Shown here piece by piece: positions 39,772 through 49,879 of a stretch of DNA of 64,000 nucleotides. This stretch comes from a candidate division FCPU426 bacterium (GTDB lineage: Bacteria; Oederibacteriota; JAAXVQ01; JAUVAV01). The position numbers and the translations under genes are program-made. The stretch's first letter is position 1. Every line of letters begins with the position of its first letter. The DNA is taken from positions 512,001 through 576,000 of the forward strand of contig JBFLYH010000001.1 of NCBI GenBank assembly GCA_040756875.1, read 5' to 3'. The notes below the pieces were generated by a model, which was not told the DNA's origin, searched no databases, and saw only the letters and a program-made list of their open reading frames with translations.

Positions 39772-39919
39772 GAAACCTTTAACAAGCCCGCTTCGCCTGG
39801 TCGGTCATTGCGATCCCCCAAAGGGGGAGAAGCAATCACGATTTCACAAACTTGAATGCAGATTGCCACGCTACCTTTGGTCGCTCGCAATGACTACCGG
39901 GGGGTTTTTCAGAGGTTTC
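39772..39919. mobile_element. MITE-like element carrying an RPE/REP-type palindromic core
   Basis: Imperfect 18-bp terminal IRs (GAAACCTTTAACAAGCCC / GGGTTTTTCAGAGGTTTC, 14/18) around GTCATTGCGA...GAAGCAATC...GATTGCCACG...TCGCAATGAC. Confidence 0.6.
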
Positions 39920-40052
39920 TGACTTTTATTTCGGCCTGGAAGCCCCTCGTGGCTTCGTAACTGACCTGAAGGAGGTGATAGACCCCGCCATTTTCAGTAA
40001 CGGCAGAAACAAGTTTTACTGAAGTGCAAAGCACAAAAAAAAGGAGGAAAAA

Positions 40053-40526
40053 ATGTCGAAGAAACAGATGTTGATCGTGGATGACAATCAGGGGCTGCGC
40101 GAAGCGCTCCGCACCGTATTCGAAGACGAATACGAGCTGGCGTTTGCGGGCAGCGGGGAAGAAGCCTTGCGCTTTACCTTCAAGCGCCGGCCCGAAGTGG
40201 TTTTGATGGATTACCGCATGCCAGGCATGGATGGCCTGGAGACCTTGTCCTATCTCAAGAAACTCGCTCCGGATTCCAGGACAGTCGTCATGTCGGCCTT
40301 TGATGACCGCAATCAGGTGGAGCAATTCCTCAGTGCCGGCGCTACGGACTTCGTGGGGAAACCGTTTGATGTCCAGGACATCAAGCACAAAATCGCCCGC
40401 GCAGCCGCCACAGCGCCCAAGCTGGTCGAATACCAGCCCGAAGTCAAAAAGACAGAACCCGTCATCAGCCGGCGTGAAGTGGATGACATGATCAACCAAA
40501 CCCTGCGCCTGGCCGCGTGCCTGTGA
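40053..40526 (+). CDS. Single-domain response regulator with short C-terminal tail
   Basis: IVDDN, LMDYRMPGMDG, VMSA, GKPF; SD AGGAGG. Confidence 0.92.
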   Translation: MSKKQMLIVDDNQGLREALRTVFEDEYELAFAGSGEEALRFTFKRRPEVVLMDYRMPGMDGLETLSYLKKLAPDSRTVVMSAFDDRNQVEQFLSAGATDFVGKPFDVQDIKHKIARAAATAPKLVEYQPEVKKTEPVISRREVDDMINQTLRLAACL

Positions 40527-40560
40527 AAAACTGCCGTATAACTCAAAGGGGGGATGCGAA

Positions 40561-41496
40561 ATGAGTACGGTGGTTGCAATGCTTAAAGATAGAAACGAAA
40601 TAATCCAGAATATTTTCAGCACTCCGATGTCGGTAGATCAACAGACGGCAAATGTGCCAGAAATAAAAGAAGAAAGATATTTAGAAAGCAGCACAATTTA
40701 TCAGCTTCGCGGTGGTGTGGAAGCCGAAGTGATTAACAATCCGAAGTTTAAATTTGCTCAAGCGGGTATTGAAGAGCACGCCAAAGAAGAGTTGGGTAAT
40801 ATTTTAATAAGATCATTTGGCTACAATGCGGATCAAAATGGCATGTTCTTGGATGGGAATAGATTTAATCGTGTTGCAATTGATGTTGACTGGCTGGTTG
40901 TTGTCAGAAAAAAATCGCAGCCTATCGCATTTGGCGCGGGCACATTTATTACGCCTTTTTTATTCTATGTGAATAGTGCCATGGTTTTACCGGAATATCA
41001 GCCACTTGGCATAGGTTCGATTGCAATTGCATTGCTTTTGAAAATTGCGCGAGAATATGCTTTGGATATTAACAAATATGAACCTGACATTGTCTGTAGA
41101 ACTCATAACCGTAGCGCCGCGAGCGCACTTCTGCCTGCTCTTGTTGATAGCAAAATATCATCGGAAATCGATAAAACCACTTATTCACAAATGATATTCG
41201 AGAGGACTGCCAATCACTTAAAATGTTCTTATGACAAAACTACTGGCATCTCAAAAGACGTCTATCCATGCGAGTTACCAACTAATGAAAAAGTAAGTAA
41301 TAAACGAATTATCGAAGCATTTCGGCACCTCGAATCCAGGGATGCTTGTTACGTAACTGGCAAGCTCAATGTGAGATTTATAAATCGCTTACTCTCGAAA
41401 ACAGTAAATGAATCACTGCGGACGATGGAAAGAATCCCGGAACGATCATTTTGGGAAAATGCAACTATTAGTAATTTATGTTATGGTAAAGTATAA
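40561..41496 (+). CDS. GNAT-fold acyltransferase-like protein
   Basis: Motif A-like YVNSAMVLPEYQPLGIG, preceded by WLVVVRKKSQPIAFG and followed by VCRTHN. Confidence 0.6.
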   Translation: MSTVVAMLKDRNEIIQNIFSTPMSVDQQTANVPEIKEERYLESSTIYQLRGGVEAEVINNPKFKFAQAGIEEHAKEELGNILIRSFGYNADQNGMFLDGNRFNRVAIDVDWLVVVRKKSQPIAFGAGTFITPFLFYVNSAMVLPEYQPLGIGSIAIALLLKIAREYALDINKYEPDIVCRTHNRSAASALLPALVDSKISSEIDKTTYSQMIFERTANHLKCSYDKTTGISKDVYPCELPTNEKVSNKRIIEAFRHLESRDACYVTGKLNVRFINRLLSKTVNESLRTMERIPERSFWENATISNLCYGKV

Positions 41497-41531
41497 AAAG
41501 GTCACACTAATGAATAATATGAAGAGGGAAA

Positions 41532-42911
41532 ATGAAAGTTCTATTAGTTGAACCTCCGGTAAGTCCGTATGATATACCAACGGGTTTGGCAGGATTGCCA
41601 GAACCGTTGGCCCTTGAGAGTATTGCAAGCAAAATGCGGGAAAAGCATGAAGTCGATATCTTAGATATGCGACTCGAAGACAATTTGGATGTTTATTTAC
41701 GAAAATATCAACCTGATGTTGTTGGCGTCGGATCGGTTACAGCAAATCACCATTTGGCTAAGAAAATATTGTCAGAAGCGAAGAAATATAATCGGGAAGC
41801 ATTAACTATTATTGGCGGTCATCATGTAACATTCATGCCACAGGATGCAAATGAAAGCTATATAGACGTTATTGTAGTCGGAGAGGGCGATTTTACAGCG
41901 GCGAATGTCGTCGATGCATTTTCAAATAAAGAACCATTGGATGAAGTTCAGGGAATCGTAATAAATCGAAATGGTAATCAAATTCAAACTAAGCCAGCAT
42001 CGTTAATTGATATGGATGTGTTACCTCTTCCGTCGAGAGATTTAGTATCAAAATACAGAACCCAATATTTTCAAAGAACCCACAGACCAATTGTATCCAT
42101 TAATTCATCAAGAGGATGCCCTTATAAATGTAAATTTTGTTCTTTGTGGAAAATGAATCGCGGAAAATATCGGACTCGGTCTGCAGAACTTGTTGTAAAT
42201 GAAATTGAGGGATTTAAGGAAGATTTCGTTGATTTTATTGATGACAACAGCCTCGAGAATATAAACCGCGCTAATAAAATCGCGGATTTAATAATAGAGA
42301 GAAGGATTGAAAAACAATATAAAATGTATTCGCGTGCAACGACCGTTGCCAATAATCCAAAGTTAATTGAAAAATTGTCTAGTGTGGGATTAAAAATGCT
42401 TTTAGTTGGATTTGAGTCAATAATGGATAATCAATTAAATTCATGGAATAAAAAAAGCACTTTTCAAATCAATCAACGCGCAATCGAAATTCTTAAAAAG
42501 AACAATGTTGAAATAGCGGCCTATTTTGTTGTCGATCCTCAATTTGGTATTGAAGAATTCGAATCATTAAGTCGATATGTGAATAAAATGGGCATTTCTG
42601 ATCCTGTTTTTACTATCCTCATACCTTTTCCTGGAACCGACTTGTATGAAGAAAGGAAACATGAGATTTATTGGAATGATTATAGAATATATGATTTTTT
42701 CCATACGGTATTTAAGCCGAAACTACCGTTGGAAGAGTTTTATGATCAATTCAGTTTATTGTATAAGAAGTCATACTTGAAAGCGAACATCACCTTGGAA
42801 AATAGCAAAGAAAATCCATCGATGCGAACAATATTGGGGAAAATGCTTGAAAGAATTCACTCACTGAAGTCGCATCATATAAATGTGAAAGAAAATGCAA
42901 ATTGCGAGTGA
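41532..42911 (+). CDS. B12-binding radical SAM enzyme (HpnR/BchE-like class B)
   Basis: EPLALE, IIGGHHVT, VVGEGD cobalamin domain; SRGCPYKCKFC; FIDDN; GFES; PFPGTDLY. Confidence 0.92.
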   Translation: MKVLLVEPPVSPYDIPTGLAGLPEPLALESIASKMREKHEVDILDMRLEDNLDVYLRKYQPDVVGVGSVTANHHLAKKILSEAKKYNREALTIIGGHHVTFMPQDANESYIDVIVVGEGDFTAANVVDAFSNKEPLDEVQGIVINRNGNQIQTKPASLIDMDVLPLPSRDLVSKYRTQYFQRTHRPIVSINSSRGCPYKCKFCSLWKMNRGKYRTRSAELVVNEIEGFKEDFVDFIDDNSLENINRANKIADLIIERRIEKQYKMYSRATTVANNPKLIEKLSSVGLKMLLVGFESIMDNQLNSWNKKSTFQINQRAIEILKKNNVEIAAYFVVDPQFGIEEFESLSRYVNKMGISDPVFTILIPFPGTDLYEERKHEIYWNDYRIYDFFHTVFKPKLPLEEFYDQFSLLYKKSYLKANITLENSKENPSMRTILGKMLERIHSLKSHHINVKENANCE

Positions 42912-42928
42912 CTAGGGAATGAATTTAA

Positions 42929-44569
42929 ATGATAAATGATTGGTTGCTAATTAATTATGCTGGTTACCCTTATTCGCCTACAAGTTTAATGCCAGATAAT
43001 GGTCTGGCTAATCTTGCGGGAGCGTTAATAAAGGTTGGCGCAAATGTTCTTATTTTAGATTATTGTACAATTAATGTTATAAATAAACTTACTCCGAAAA
43101 ATATCATGAAACAATTAAATGAAATATTTGATAACGCAAATTCATCATATGCTAAAAAGAATTTAATTGAGAATACTAGATACTATTTAGAACTGTTACG
43201 AGCTGAATTTGTACGCAAACAACGAACTGCAAGATTATTAGACGAAATATTTAATGATATTGAAGTTGAAATAAAACAACGAAAAATTACGGGGATCGGA
43301 TTTAAGCTGTGGAATGGAGATGGGATAGAAGGTGTAGTTAAGATCGCGAAGCGGATTAAACATGATTATCCGAAAATAAAAATATTTGGTGGTGGGCCAC
43401 AGGTCGATGTATTTATGCATAAAATATTGGATTATAACTGTTTTGATGGTTTGGTATATGGCGAAGGAGAAGAAGCGATAAAGTATTTGGCACAGTGTGG
43501 TGATGATTTTAAACAATATCATAAAATACCAAATCTGCTCTATAGAAATGACGGTCAAAATATTACCACGTACGAAAAGATCATTGAAAAATTAGATAGT
43601 TTGCCAATGCCATGCTATGACGAAAAAGTATATCCTGCAATGAGAAATAACGATAAAATAAAAATAATCGTTGTGGATGAATCAAGAGGATGCACCAATT
43701 CCTGTGCTTTTTGTATACATCCGATTAAAAGTAAAAATATACAGAGGTTGAAAAGTACTAAAAGATTAATATCGGAGATTGAGACTTTTAAAGAAAAATA
43801 TAAGATACATACTTTCAGATTTGCGGGATCTTCAACACCCTATTCATTAATGAATGAATTTGCAATTGAACTCATAAATAAAAAAATAAACGTTGTTTAT
43901 TCGAGCTTCGGGCATATAAGATCTGGCGAGAATGCTGATTTCGAGACTATTCGTAAATCTGGATGTCGCTCGTTGTTTTTTGGTATTGAATCCGGTAGTG
44001 ACAAAGTATTAACTCTTATGCGTAAAAAAATAAATCGCGATATGATAATTGAGACAATAAAGAAAGCAAAACGCGCCTCGATTTATACTGTGGGAAGCTT
44101 GATATTTCCGGCACCAGGCGAGGATAATGTTTCGCGAAAAGAAACTCTAGCGTTGCTAAAGGAAATAGAGTTGGATGCTTCTCCTATACATTTCCCGATC
44201 GTAATGCCTAGAACGGATTGGTATGAGAATCCGAAAAAATATAATATAGATTTAAAAGATAAGAATCGTTATGCTCGTATATCATTTAAATGGAAGGCTA
44301 AAATGATTATGCCACCTCAATTCTGGAATCGTCTGCCTTTTTCAATAGATAATCGAAATCATAAAGAAATTATTAAAATGACCGCCCAATTCATAAAAGA
44401 TGTAAATAAATTGGGGATAAATACATCGGTTACTGATGAAATGTATATCATGAGTATTCGAGCTGGTATTGAAATAAATAAATTTAAAGATGAAATTAGA
44501 AAGGCGTTTTTCTCAGGCGATAGTGAGAAAATACATTCTGTAGTTACTAGTATTAATAAAAATATATAA
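42929..44569 (+). CDS. B12-binding radical SAM enzyme (divergent)
   Basis: FGGGPQV, YGEGE; SRGCTNSCAFC; FFGIESGS..VL..MRK. Confidence 0.9.
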   Translation: MINDWLLINYAGYPYSPTSLMPDNGLANLAGALIKVGANVLILDYCTINVINKLTPKNIMKQLNEIFDNANSSYAKKNLIENTRYYLELLRAEFVRKQRTARLLDEIFNDIEVEIKQRKITGIGFKLWNGDGIEGVVKIAKRIKHDYPKIKIFGGGPQVDVFMHKILDYNCFDGLVYGEGEEAIKYLAQCGDDFKQYHKIPNLLYRNDGQNITTYEKIIEKLDSLPMPCYDEKVYPAMRNNDKIKIIVVDESRGCTNSCAFCIHPIKSKNIQRLKSTKRLISEIETFKEKYKIHTFRFAGSSTPYSLMNEFAIELINKKINVVYSSFGHIRSGENADFETIRKSGCRSLFFGIESGSDKVLTLMRKKINRDMIIETIKKAKRASIYTVGSLIFPAPGEDNVSRKETLALLKEIELDASPIHFPIVMPRTDWYENPKKYNIDLKDKNRYARISFKWKAKMIMPPQFWNRLPFSIDNRNHKEIIKMTAQFIKDVNKLGINTSVTDEMYIMSIRAGIEINKFKDEIRKAFFSGDSEKIHSVVTSINKNI

Positions 44570-44582
44570 TGAAGGAATTGAA

Positions 44583-46757
44583 ATGTTTGGCTTAGTTCTA
44601 ACGATATTTATAGCTATTATCGAAGTTATTCTTGGCTTTTTTGTTATCACAAAGAAGTCAAGTTCTGTAATGCATCGAGTATTTCTTGCGTTTTCGATAT
44701 TTATTGGTTTGTGGTCTGTATGCCTGGGATTCATTTTCAGCCCCTTGGATTTATCTGAGAAAATCACCCAAATATTGATTAATACAATTATGCTATCAGG
44801 TTATTTGGTCATTTCGACTTTTTTAATATTTTCGTGGGTTTTTCCTCAACAGACGATTAGAGTGAGTGCGACAAAACTGATTATTCTTTTTGTACCATTT
44901 GCAGTAATTGCATATTTACTAAATTTTACTGATCTGTTTATAAAACATGTAAATGTTGGAAAAGCAAATAACAGGATTCAATTTGATATTAGAGGATATT
45001 CGATATTTGCTTTTTTCTTTTTAATCAATAGCGTATTAGCTACATGGATACTTGTTAGAAAATATATAAAATCTACAGGTATTCATAAGCAACAGCTGAC
45101 GTATTTTGGTTTAGGTTCGGGTCTGTCATTACTGTTGGTTGTGATTTTTGATGTGATTTTACCCGTATTTACTAATAATAATTACGTATGGTTATCTCCT
45201 TTTTTTATGGTTATTTTTCTTGTAGCTGTCGCGTATGCAATACTCAGATATAGATTACTAGACTTAGAAATTATTATTAAACGAACAACAATTTATTTAG
45301 TGATTATTGGAATAATCATCGGGGTTTATACGTTCGTTTTACTATTGCCACAGCAATTAATAGGAACGCCTGGAAGTTTTAATTCGATATTTATTTTAGT
45401 TATTGCCGCCATTACAATCGCGATCACCATGCAACCTTTAAGAGATTGGCTGGATAGTGTAACAGACAGGTTATTTTTTCAACGAAAGTATGATTATTAT
45501 CATGTTTTAGAAAAATCCGCAAAAGAAATAAACGCAGTTTTTAAACTTGAAGAGATTATCAACATTGTTAGTAATGCTTTAATAGAGGAGATGCACTTAA
45601 CAAAAGTCGCGGTATTCTTGCGTGAAAAAGCAGGGTCGAATATATTTGTGTGTTATAAAGCTGATGGCGAAATTGAACCTGGTTTTCCAAGTCAGGTTGA
45701 AGAAGGAAATCCTTTAATCGGTCATCTGATCAATGATCCAATATTGATAGAAGTTGGAGAATTCACCTATAAGTACGAACATTTATTTCCCTCCGACGCA
45801 TTAAAAAAAGCAATCCAGAATGAGCTGAAGCAAACGTTCAATGCCGCTTTAATAGTGCCTTTAATTCAAAAGAAAAACATCGCGGGTTTTATGATATTGG
45901 GTGGTAAAAAATCGGGTGATCTTTTTACGAGCCGAGATTTGACTCTGTTGGAAACGTTGAGCAGTCAAATGACTACAGCCCTGGAAAACATACGTCTCTA
46001 TGAACAGATGATCACAAATGAACGTTTGACAGTCATTGGTACTCTAGCAGCCGGGATTGCACACGAAATCCGTAATCCGTTGGCATCGATAAAGACATTT
46101 ATACAAATGCTGCCGGATAAGTATTCCAACGATGATTTTAAAAAGCGTTTCCATGATATCGTCGGATCGGAGATTGAACGGCTTTCCAACATTACGGCGG
46201 ATTTGCTGACCTTTGCTCGGCCTTCGGCTCCTAAATTGGACAATGTCAGCATTGACCAATTGATGGATAAAATTAAAAACCTTTTAAACAGTCCCTTGCG
46301 TAAAAAGCAGATCGATTTCACCTGGGAAGTGTCCGATCTGCCGAGCATTCAGGCTGACCCACAGCAGCTTTTCCAAGTTTTTCTGAATGTGACCTTGAAC
46401 GCTATTTATGCTTCGAAGGAAAAAGGCCAAGTTAAGGTCTATGGGCAGATTAAAGACCAGATGCCTGGCCGGCCAAGCGGCCAAGGGTTGTACATGCTGG
46501 TAACTATCGAGGATTTTGGTACGGGCATCAAACGAAAGGATTTGCCTAACCTTTTCCAGCCGTTTTTCACTACTAAAACCGACGGCACAGGCTTGGGCCT
46601 CGCTACGTGTAAGCGCATATTGGAAGCCCACCGTGGTGACATGTACATAGACTCCGAAGAAGGGAAGGGTACCAAGGTCACGGTGCTATTACCCACCAAC
46701 CTCACGCAGGAAACGGTTATCGTGCCCACACCTGCACCCATCCAGCAGTTCACCTGA
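44583..46757 (+). CDS. Membrane sensor histidine kinase (about 9 TM, HisKA_7TM-like, GAF, HisKA, HATPase)
   Basis: Nine hydrophobic segments; YAILRYRLLD; GAF ending GGKKSGDLFT..DL.LL; AHEIRNPL; QVFLNVTLNA; PFFTTK..GTGLGL. Confidence 0.93.
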   Translation: MFGLVLTIFIAIIEVILGFFVITKKSSSVMHRVFLAFSIFIGLWSVCLGFIFSPLDLSEKITQILINTIMLSGYLVISTFLIFSWVFPQQTIRVSATKLIILFVPFAVIAYLLNFTDLFIKHVNVGKANNRIQFDIRGYSIFAFFFLINSVLATWILVRKYIKSTGIHKQQLTYFGLGSGLSLLLVVIFDVILPVFTNNNYVWLSPFFMVIFLVAVAYAILRYRLLDLEIIIKRTTIYLVIIGIIIGVYTFVLLLPQQLIGTPGSFNSIFILVIAAITIAITMQPLRDWLDSVTDRLFFQRKYDYYHVLEKSAKEINAVFKLEEIINIVSNALIEEMHLTKVAVFLREKAGSNIFVCYKADGEIEPGFPSQVEEGNPLIGHLINDPILIEVGEFTYKYEHLFPSDALKKAIQNELKQTFNAALIVPLIQKKNIAGFMILGGKKSGDLFTSRDLTLLETLSSQMTTALENIRLYEQMITNERLTVIGTLAAGIAHEIRNPLASIKTFIQMLPDKYSNDDFKKRFHDIVGSEIERLSNITADLLTFARPSAPKLDNVSIDQLMDKIKNLLNSPLRKKQIDFTWEVSDLPSIQADPQQLFQVFLNVTLNAIYASKEKGQVKVYGQIKDQMPGRPSGQGLYMLVTIEDFGTGIKRKDLPNLFQPFFTTKTDGTGLGLATCKRILEAHRGDMYIDSEEGKGTKVTVLLPTNLTQETVIVPTPAPIQQFT

Positions 46758-46829
46758 TCGCTGGTTTTTTATCTTGCTTTTTAAGCCGCGCTAGAATACC
46801 CTCGAAAAAATAGGGATTCGGAGCGACCA

Positions 46830-48593
46830 GTGAAATCAAAAACATTTGATTACGTCATCACCATTGGCGGCGAAGCCGGACAGGGCATGCAGACCTTGGG
46901 CGTGCTGCTGGCCAAGGTTTTCCTCAAACTGGGCTACTTTATGTCCACCCTCCAGTCCTATCAATCACGCATCCGTGGCGGGCATAATTTTTTCCAGCTC
47001 CGCATATCCTCCCGACCCATCCACAGCCTGAGGCGAGGCACGGATCTTCTGGTGGCCCTGGATCAAAATACCATTGAAACACATTGCCGGAATCTAAACC
47101 GCCAATCAGTCGCGATATTCGACCTTGCACGAATCAAGCCTAAACCAGGTTGCGGCCAAATGTTGGGGCTCGAGATCGAACGGATATTTCCGGGGGCCAA
47201 AGAAAACGAAATATTCGCGAACATTGTGTATTTGGGTGCATTGATGGCTCTCTTGGGTTGCCCGTCTGATCCGGTTGAAAAATTATTGGCGGCGACCTTT
47301 GGGAAAAAGGGCGAGGATGTGATCGTGAAAAACCGGGCTGCTTTCCGGGCCGGCCTGGAATACATTCTCGGCCAGTCAGCTTGGAAAAACCGCTATCAAG
47401 CGCCTGCGCCTTTGAACCCTCAATCATCACTATTGGTGCATGGGAACCAGGCCATAGCCCTGGGTGCTGCGGCTGCCGGCTGCGGATTTTATTCGGCTTA
47501 TCCCATGACACCGTCCACAAGCGTTTTCGAAACCATGGCCGGGTTGGCTGCCAAAGCGAATATCATCGTGGAACAGGCAGAAGATGAAATTGCCGCCATG
47601 AACATGGTCCTTGGCGCGAGCTATGCCGGAACCAGGGCGATGACCGGCACTTCAGGCGGCGGATTTGCGTTGATGGTGGAAGCGTTGAGCCTGGCCGGTA
47701 TGTTGGAATGTCCAGCTGTGATTGTCAACGCCCAACGGCCAGGTCCTGCCACTGGATTGCCTACCCGAACGGAGCAGGCGGATCTCGGATTTGTCATCCA
47801 CGCCGGGCATGGAGAGTTTCCGCGTGTGGTGCTTGCGCCCGGAAACCAGGAAGAGTGTTTTTGGTTAACTGTACATGCCTTCAATCTGGCTGACCGATAT
47901 CAAATTCCGGTCATCATACTTACCGATCAATATTTGGCGGATCTCTATGGAAATGTAAAACCATTTCAAACAGAAAAGGTCAAAATTGAACGTGGATTAG
48001 TAGTTGAGGCAGGAGAATCATATGTTAGATATAGACTTACGCCAGATGGGGTATCGCCCCGAGCTTTTCCTGGCAAGGGTCCGGGAGTGGTGATCGCTGA
48101 CAGCGATGAACATACGGAAGACGGCCATTTAACCGAGGATTTGAATGTCCGAATTAAAATGAACGCCAAACGGCTGGCAAAGTTAAAATCCCTTCAGCGT
48201 GAACTGCTCAGGCCAACCGTTCAGGGCATCCATAAGGATAATTTGGTTCTTTGTTGGGGTTCGAGTTTGGGGCCTTGTCAGGATGCAGTTAATCAGCTTG
48301 CGGACGAGGGCAGCAAGGTTTCTTTGATGCATTTTTCCCAACTCTGGCCATTGGAAGGATCCAAATTACGTTCCTGGCTGGCGCCTTACCGCCGATTAAT
48401 CTGCGTGGAAGGGAATGCCGGCGGGCAGTTTGCCCGTATTTTGCGCGCTGAGACGGAAATAACCATACACGCGAAAATCCTTCGCACCGACGGCAAGCCG
48501 TTCCTGCAGGATGAACTTGCCGCCCAGATCAAGAAACACCTGAGGCCAGTTGCTTCTGGACGTAAAAAACGGATGATCAGGAGGAAAAAATGA
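46830..48593 (+). CDS. korA: 2-oxoacid:ferredoxin oxidoreductase alpha subunit
   Basis: GGEAGQG, SRIRGGHN, YPMTPS, QAEDEIAA, TSGGGFALM, QRPGPATGLPT. Confidence 0.92.
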   Translation: MKSKTFDYVITIGGEAGQGMQTLGVLLAKVFLKLGYFMSTLQSYQSRIRGGHNFFQLRISSRPIHSLRRGTDLLVALDQNTIETHCRNLNRQSVAIFDLARIKPKPGCGQMLGLEIERIFPGAKENEIFANIVYLGALMALLGCPSDPVEKLLAATFGKKGEDVIVKNRAAFRAGLEYILGQSAWKNRYQAPAPLNPQSSLLVHGNQAIALGAAAAGCGFYSAYPMTPSTSVFETMAGLAAKANIIVEQAEDEIAAMNMVLGASYAGTRAMTGTSGGGFALMVEALSLAGMLECPAVIVNAQRPGPATGLPTRTEQADLGFVIHAGHGEFPRVVLAPGNQEECFWLTVHAFNLADRYQIPVIILTDQYLADLYGNVKPFQTEKVKIERGLVVEAGESYVRYRLTPDGVSPRAFPGKGPGVVIADSDEHTEDGHLTEDLNVRIKMNAKRLAKLKSLQRELLRPTVQGIHKDNLVLCWGSSLGPCQDAVNQLADEGSKVSLMHFSQLWPLEGSKLRSWLAPYRRLICVEGNAGGQFARILRAETEITIHAKILRTDGKPFLQDELAAQIKKHLRPVASGRKKRMIRRKK

Positions 48594-49444
48594 CCACCCT
48601 GTCGGATTACCAAAGCATTGCTCCGGCTTGGTGTCCTGGTTGCGGTGATTTTGGCATATTGCATGCCATTAAAAAAGCCCTGGTCGCCTTGGATAAAAAA
48701 TCCCATGAAGTTTTATTATGCTCGGGCATCGGGCAGGCAGCCAAATTGCCACATTATTTGCGATGTAATGTCTTCAATGGACTCCACGGCAGGGCTCTGC
48801 CTGCAGCTCAAGCAGCCAAAATGGTCAACCCCGCTTTAACGGTTTTGGCTATAGGCGGGGATGGCGACATGTACGGTGAAGGAGGAAACCATTTTTTGCA
48901 TGCTCTAAGGCGAAATATTGACATAACCATGATAGCACATAACAATAAAATATACGGTTTAACCAAGGGGCAAGCTTCACCGACCACTGATCAAGGCGTA
49001 GCAACCAAAGTACAACCTCAAGGCGTAGCTAGTAGGCCTATCAATCCTCTGACCCTGGCAATAAGCCAGAATTGTGGCTTTGTTGCACGTGGTTTTTCAG
49101 GACGGGTAGATCATCTGGCGGAATTGATTGCCGCTGGCATTCAACATCGGGGTTTTTCGCTTATCGACGTGCTTCAACCATGCGTATCCTTCAATAAAAT
49201 CAATACTTTTGCATGGTACCAAGCGCGTGTATATAATGTAAAAGACAACCCAGAATACAATCCCCAGAGTTGGCATCGAGCATTGGATAAAGCATTAGAA
49301 TGGGGGGATAGAATACCCATTGGCATTATTTATAAATCACTTGGAAAAGAATATAATGAAATTTTGGGAATTCGTTCTAATGATAAATTAGTGAAAAATG
49401 ATTATAATAAAGTGCTTAATGATATATTAAAACAATTTGCCTAA
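48590..49444 (+). CDS. korB: 2-oxoacid:ferredoxin oxidoreductase beta subunit
   Basis: WCPGCGDF, SGIG, HGRALP, GGDGD, YGLTKGQASPT, LQPCVSFN. Confidence 0.93.
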   Translation: MTTLSDYQSIAPAWCPGCGDFGILHAIKKALVALDKKSHEVLLCSGIGQAAKLPHYLRCNVFNGLHGRALPAAQAAKMVNPALTVLAIGGDGDMYGEGGNHFLHALRRNIDITMIAHNNKIYGLTKGQASPTTDQGVATKVQPQGVASRPINPLTLAISQNCGFVARGFSGRVDHLAELIAAGIQHRGFSLIDVLQPCVSFNKINTFAWYQARVYNVKDNPEYNPQSWHRALDKALEWGDRIPIGIIYKSLGKEYNEILGIRSNDKLVKNDYNKVLNDILKQFA

Positions 49445-49814
49445 TAAAATGTGCATATATTAATGGGCACTTATCAATAATAAGTCTTTTTTTAAATCTT
49501 TTAATTCCTCTCAATAAATCACAATAAACAATAAAATAATTTTTGCACTATGTCCAAATTCACATTTACCTGGTATTTAATGAATAATCATAGATGTTTT
49601 CTTAATGAATATTTTATATACAATATGCACTATAAAATGTACACATTTTTAGGCACAAGATACTAAATAGTTAATAACACTTTTTTAACACCCCGTGTGA
49701 AGGCCATATTTTAAAAACACCACTACAAAATGGGTTCAATCTCTCTATTCAATCAAAATATAGTAGGTTCTAGCATGCTATAAGAACTCACCTAATTTTA
49801 GTTTTCCACAGCAC

Positions 49815-49832
49815 TTGGTAAGGAGTTTGCTT
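49815..49832 (+). promoter_or_regulatory. Sigma54 (-24/-12) promoter candidate
   Basis: TTGGTAAGGAGTTTGCTT = TGG-N10-GC with TTGCT, about 50 bp upstream of ATG49880, after a long AT-rich spacer. Confidence 0.7.
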
Positions 49833-49879
49833 AAGTAATTGGTATAGATCACCTCGCTGCTATCGTTAGGAGCCCATTC

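Noticed and set aside
39977-39987. Perfect extended SD AAGGAGGTGAT (type I toxin leader or 16S fragment?)
   Set aside because: No start codon at suitable spacing and no hydrophobic peptide; similarity to the 16S 3-prime end is too short
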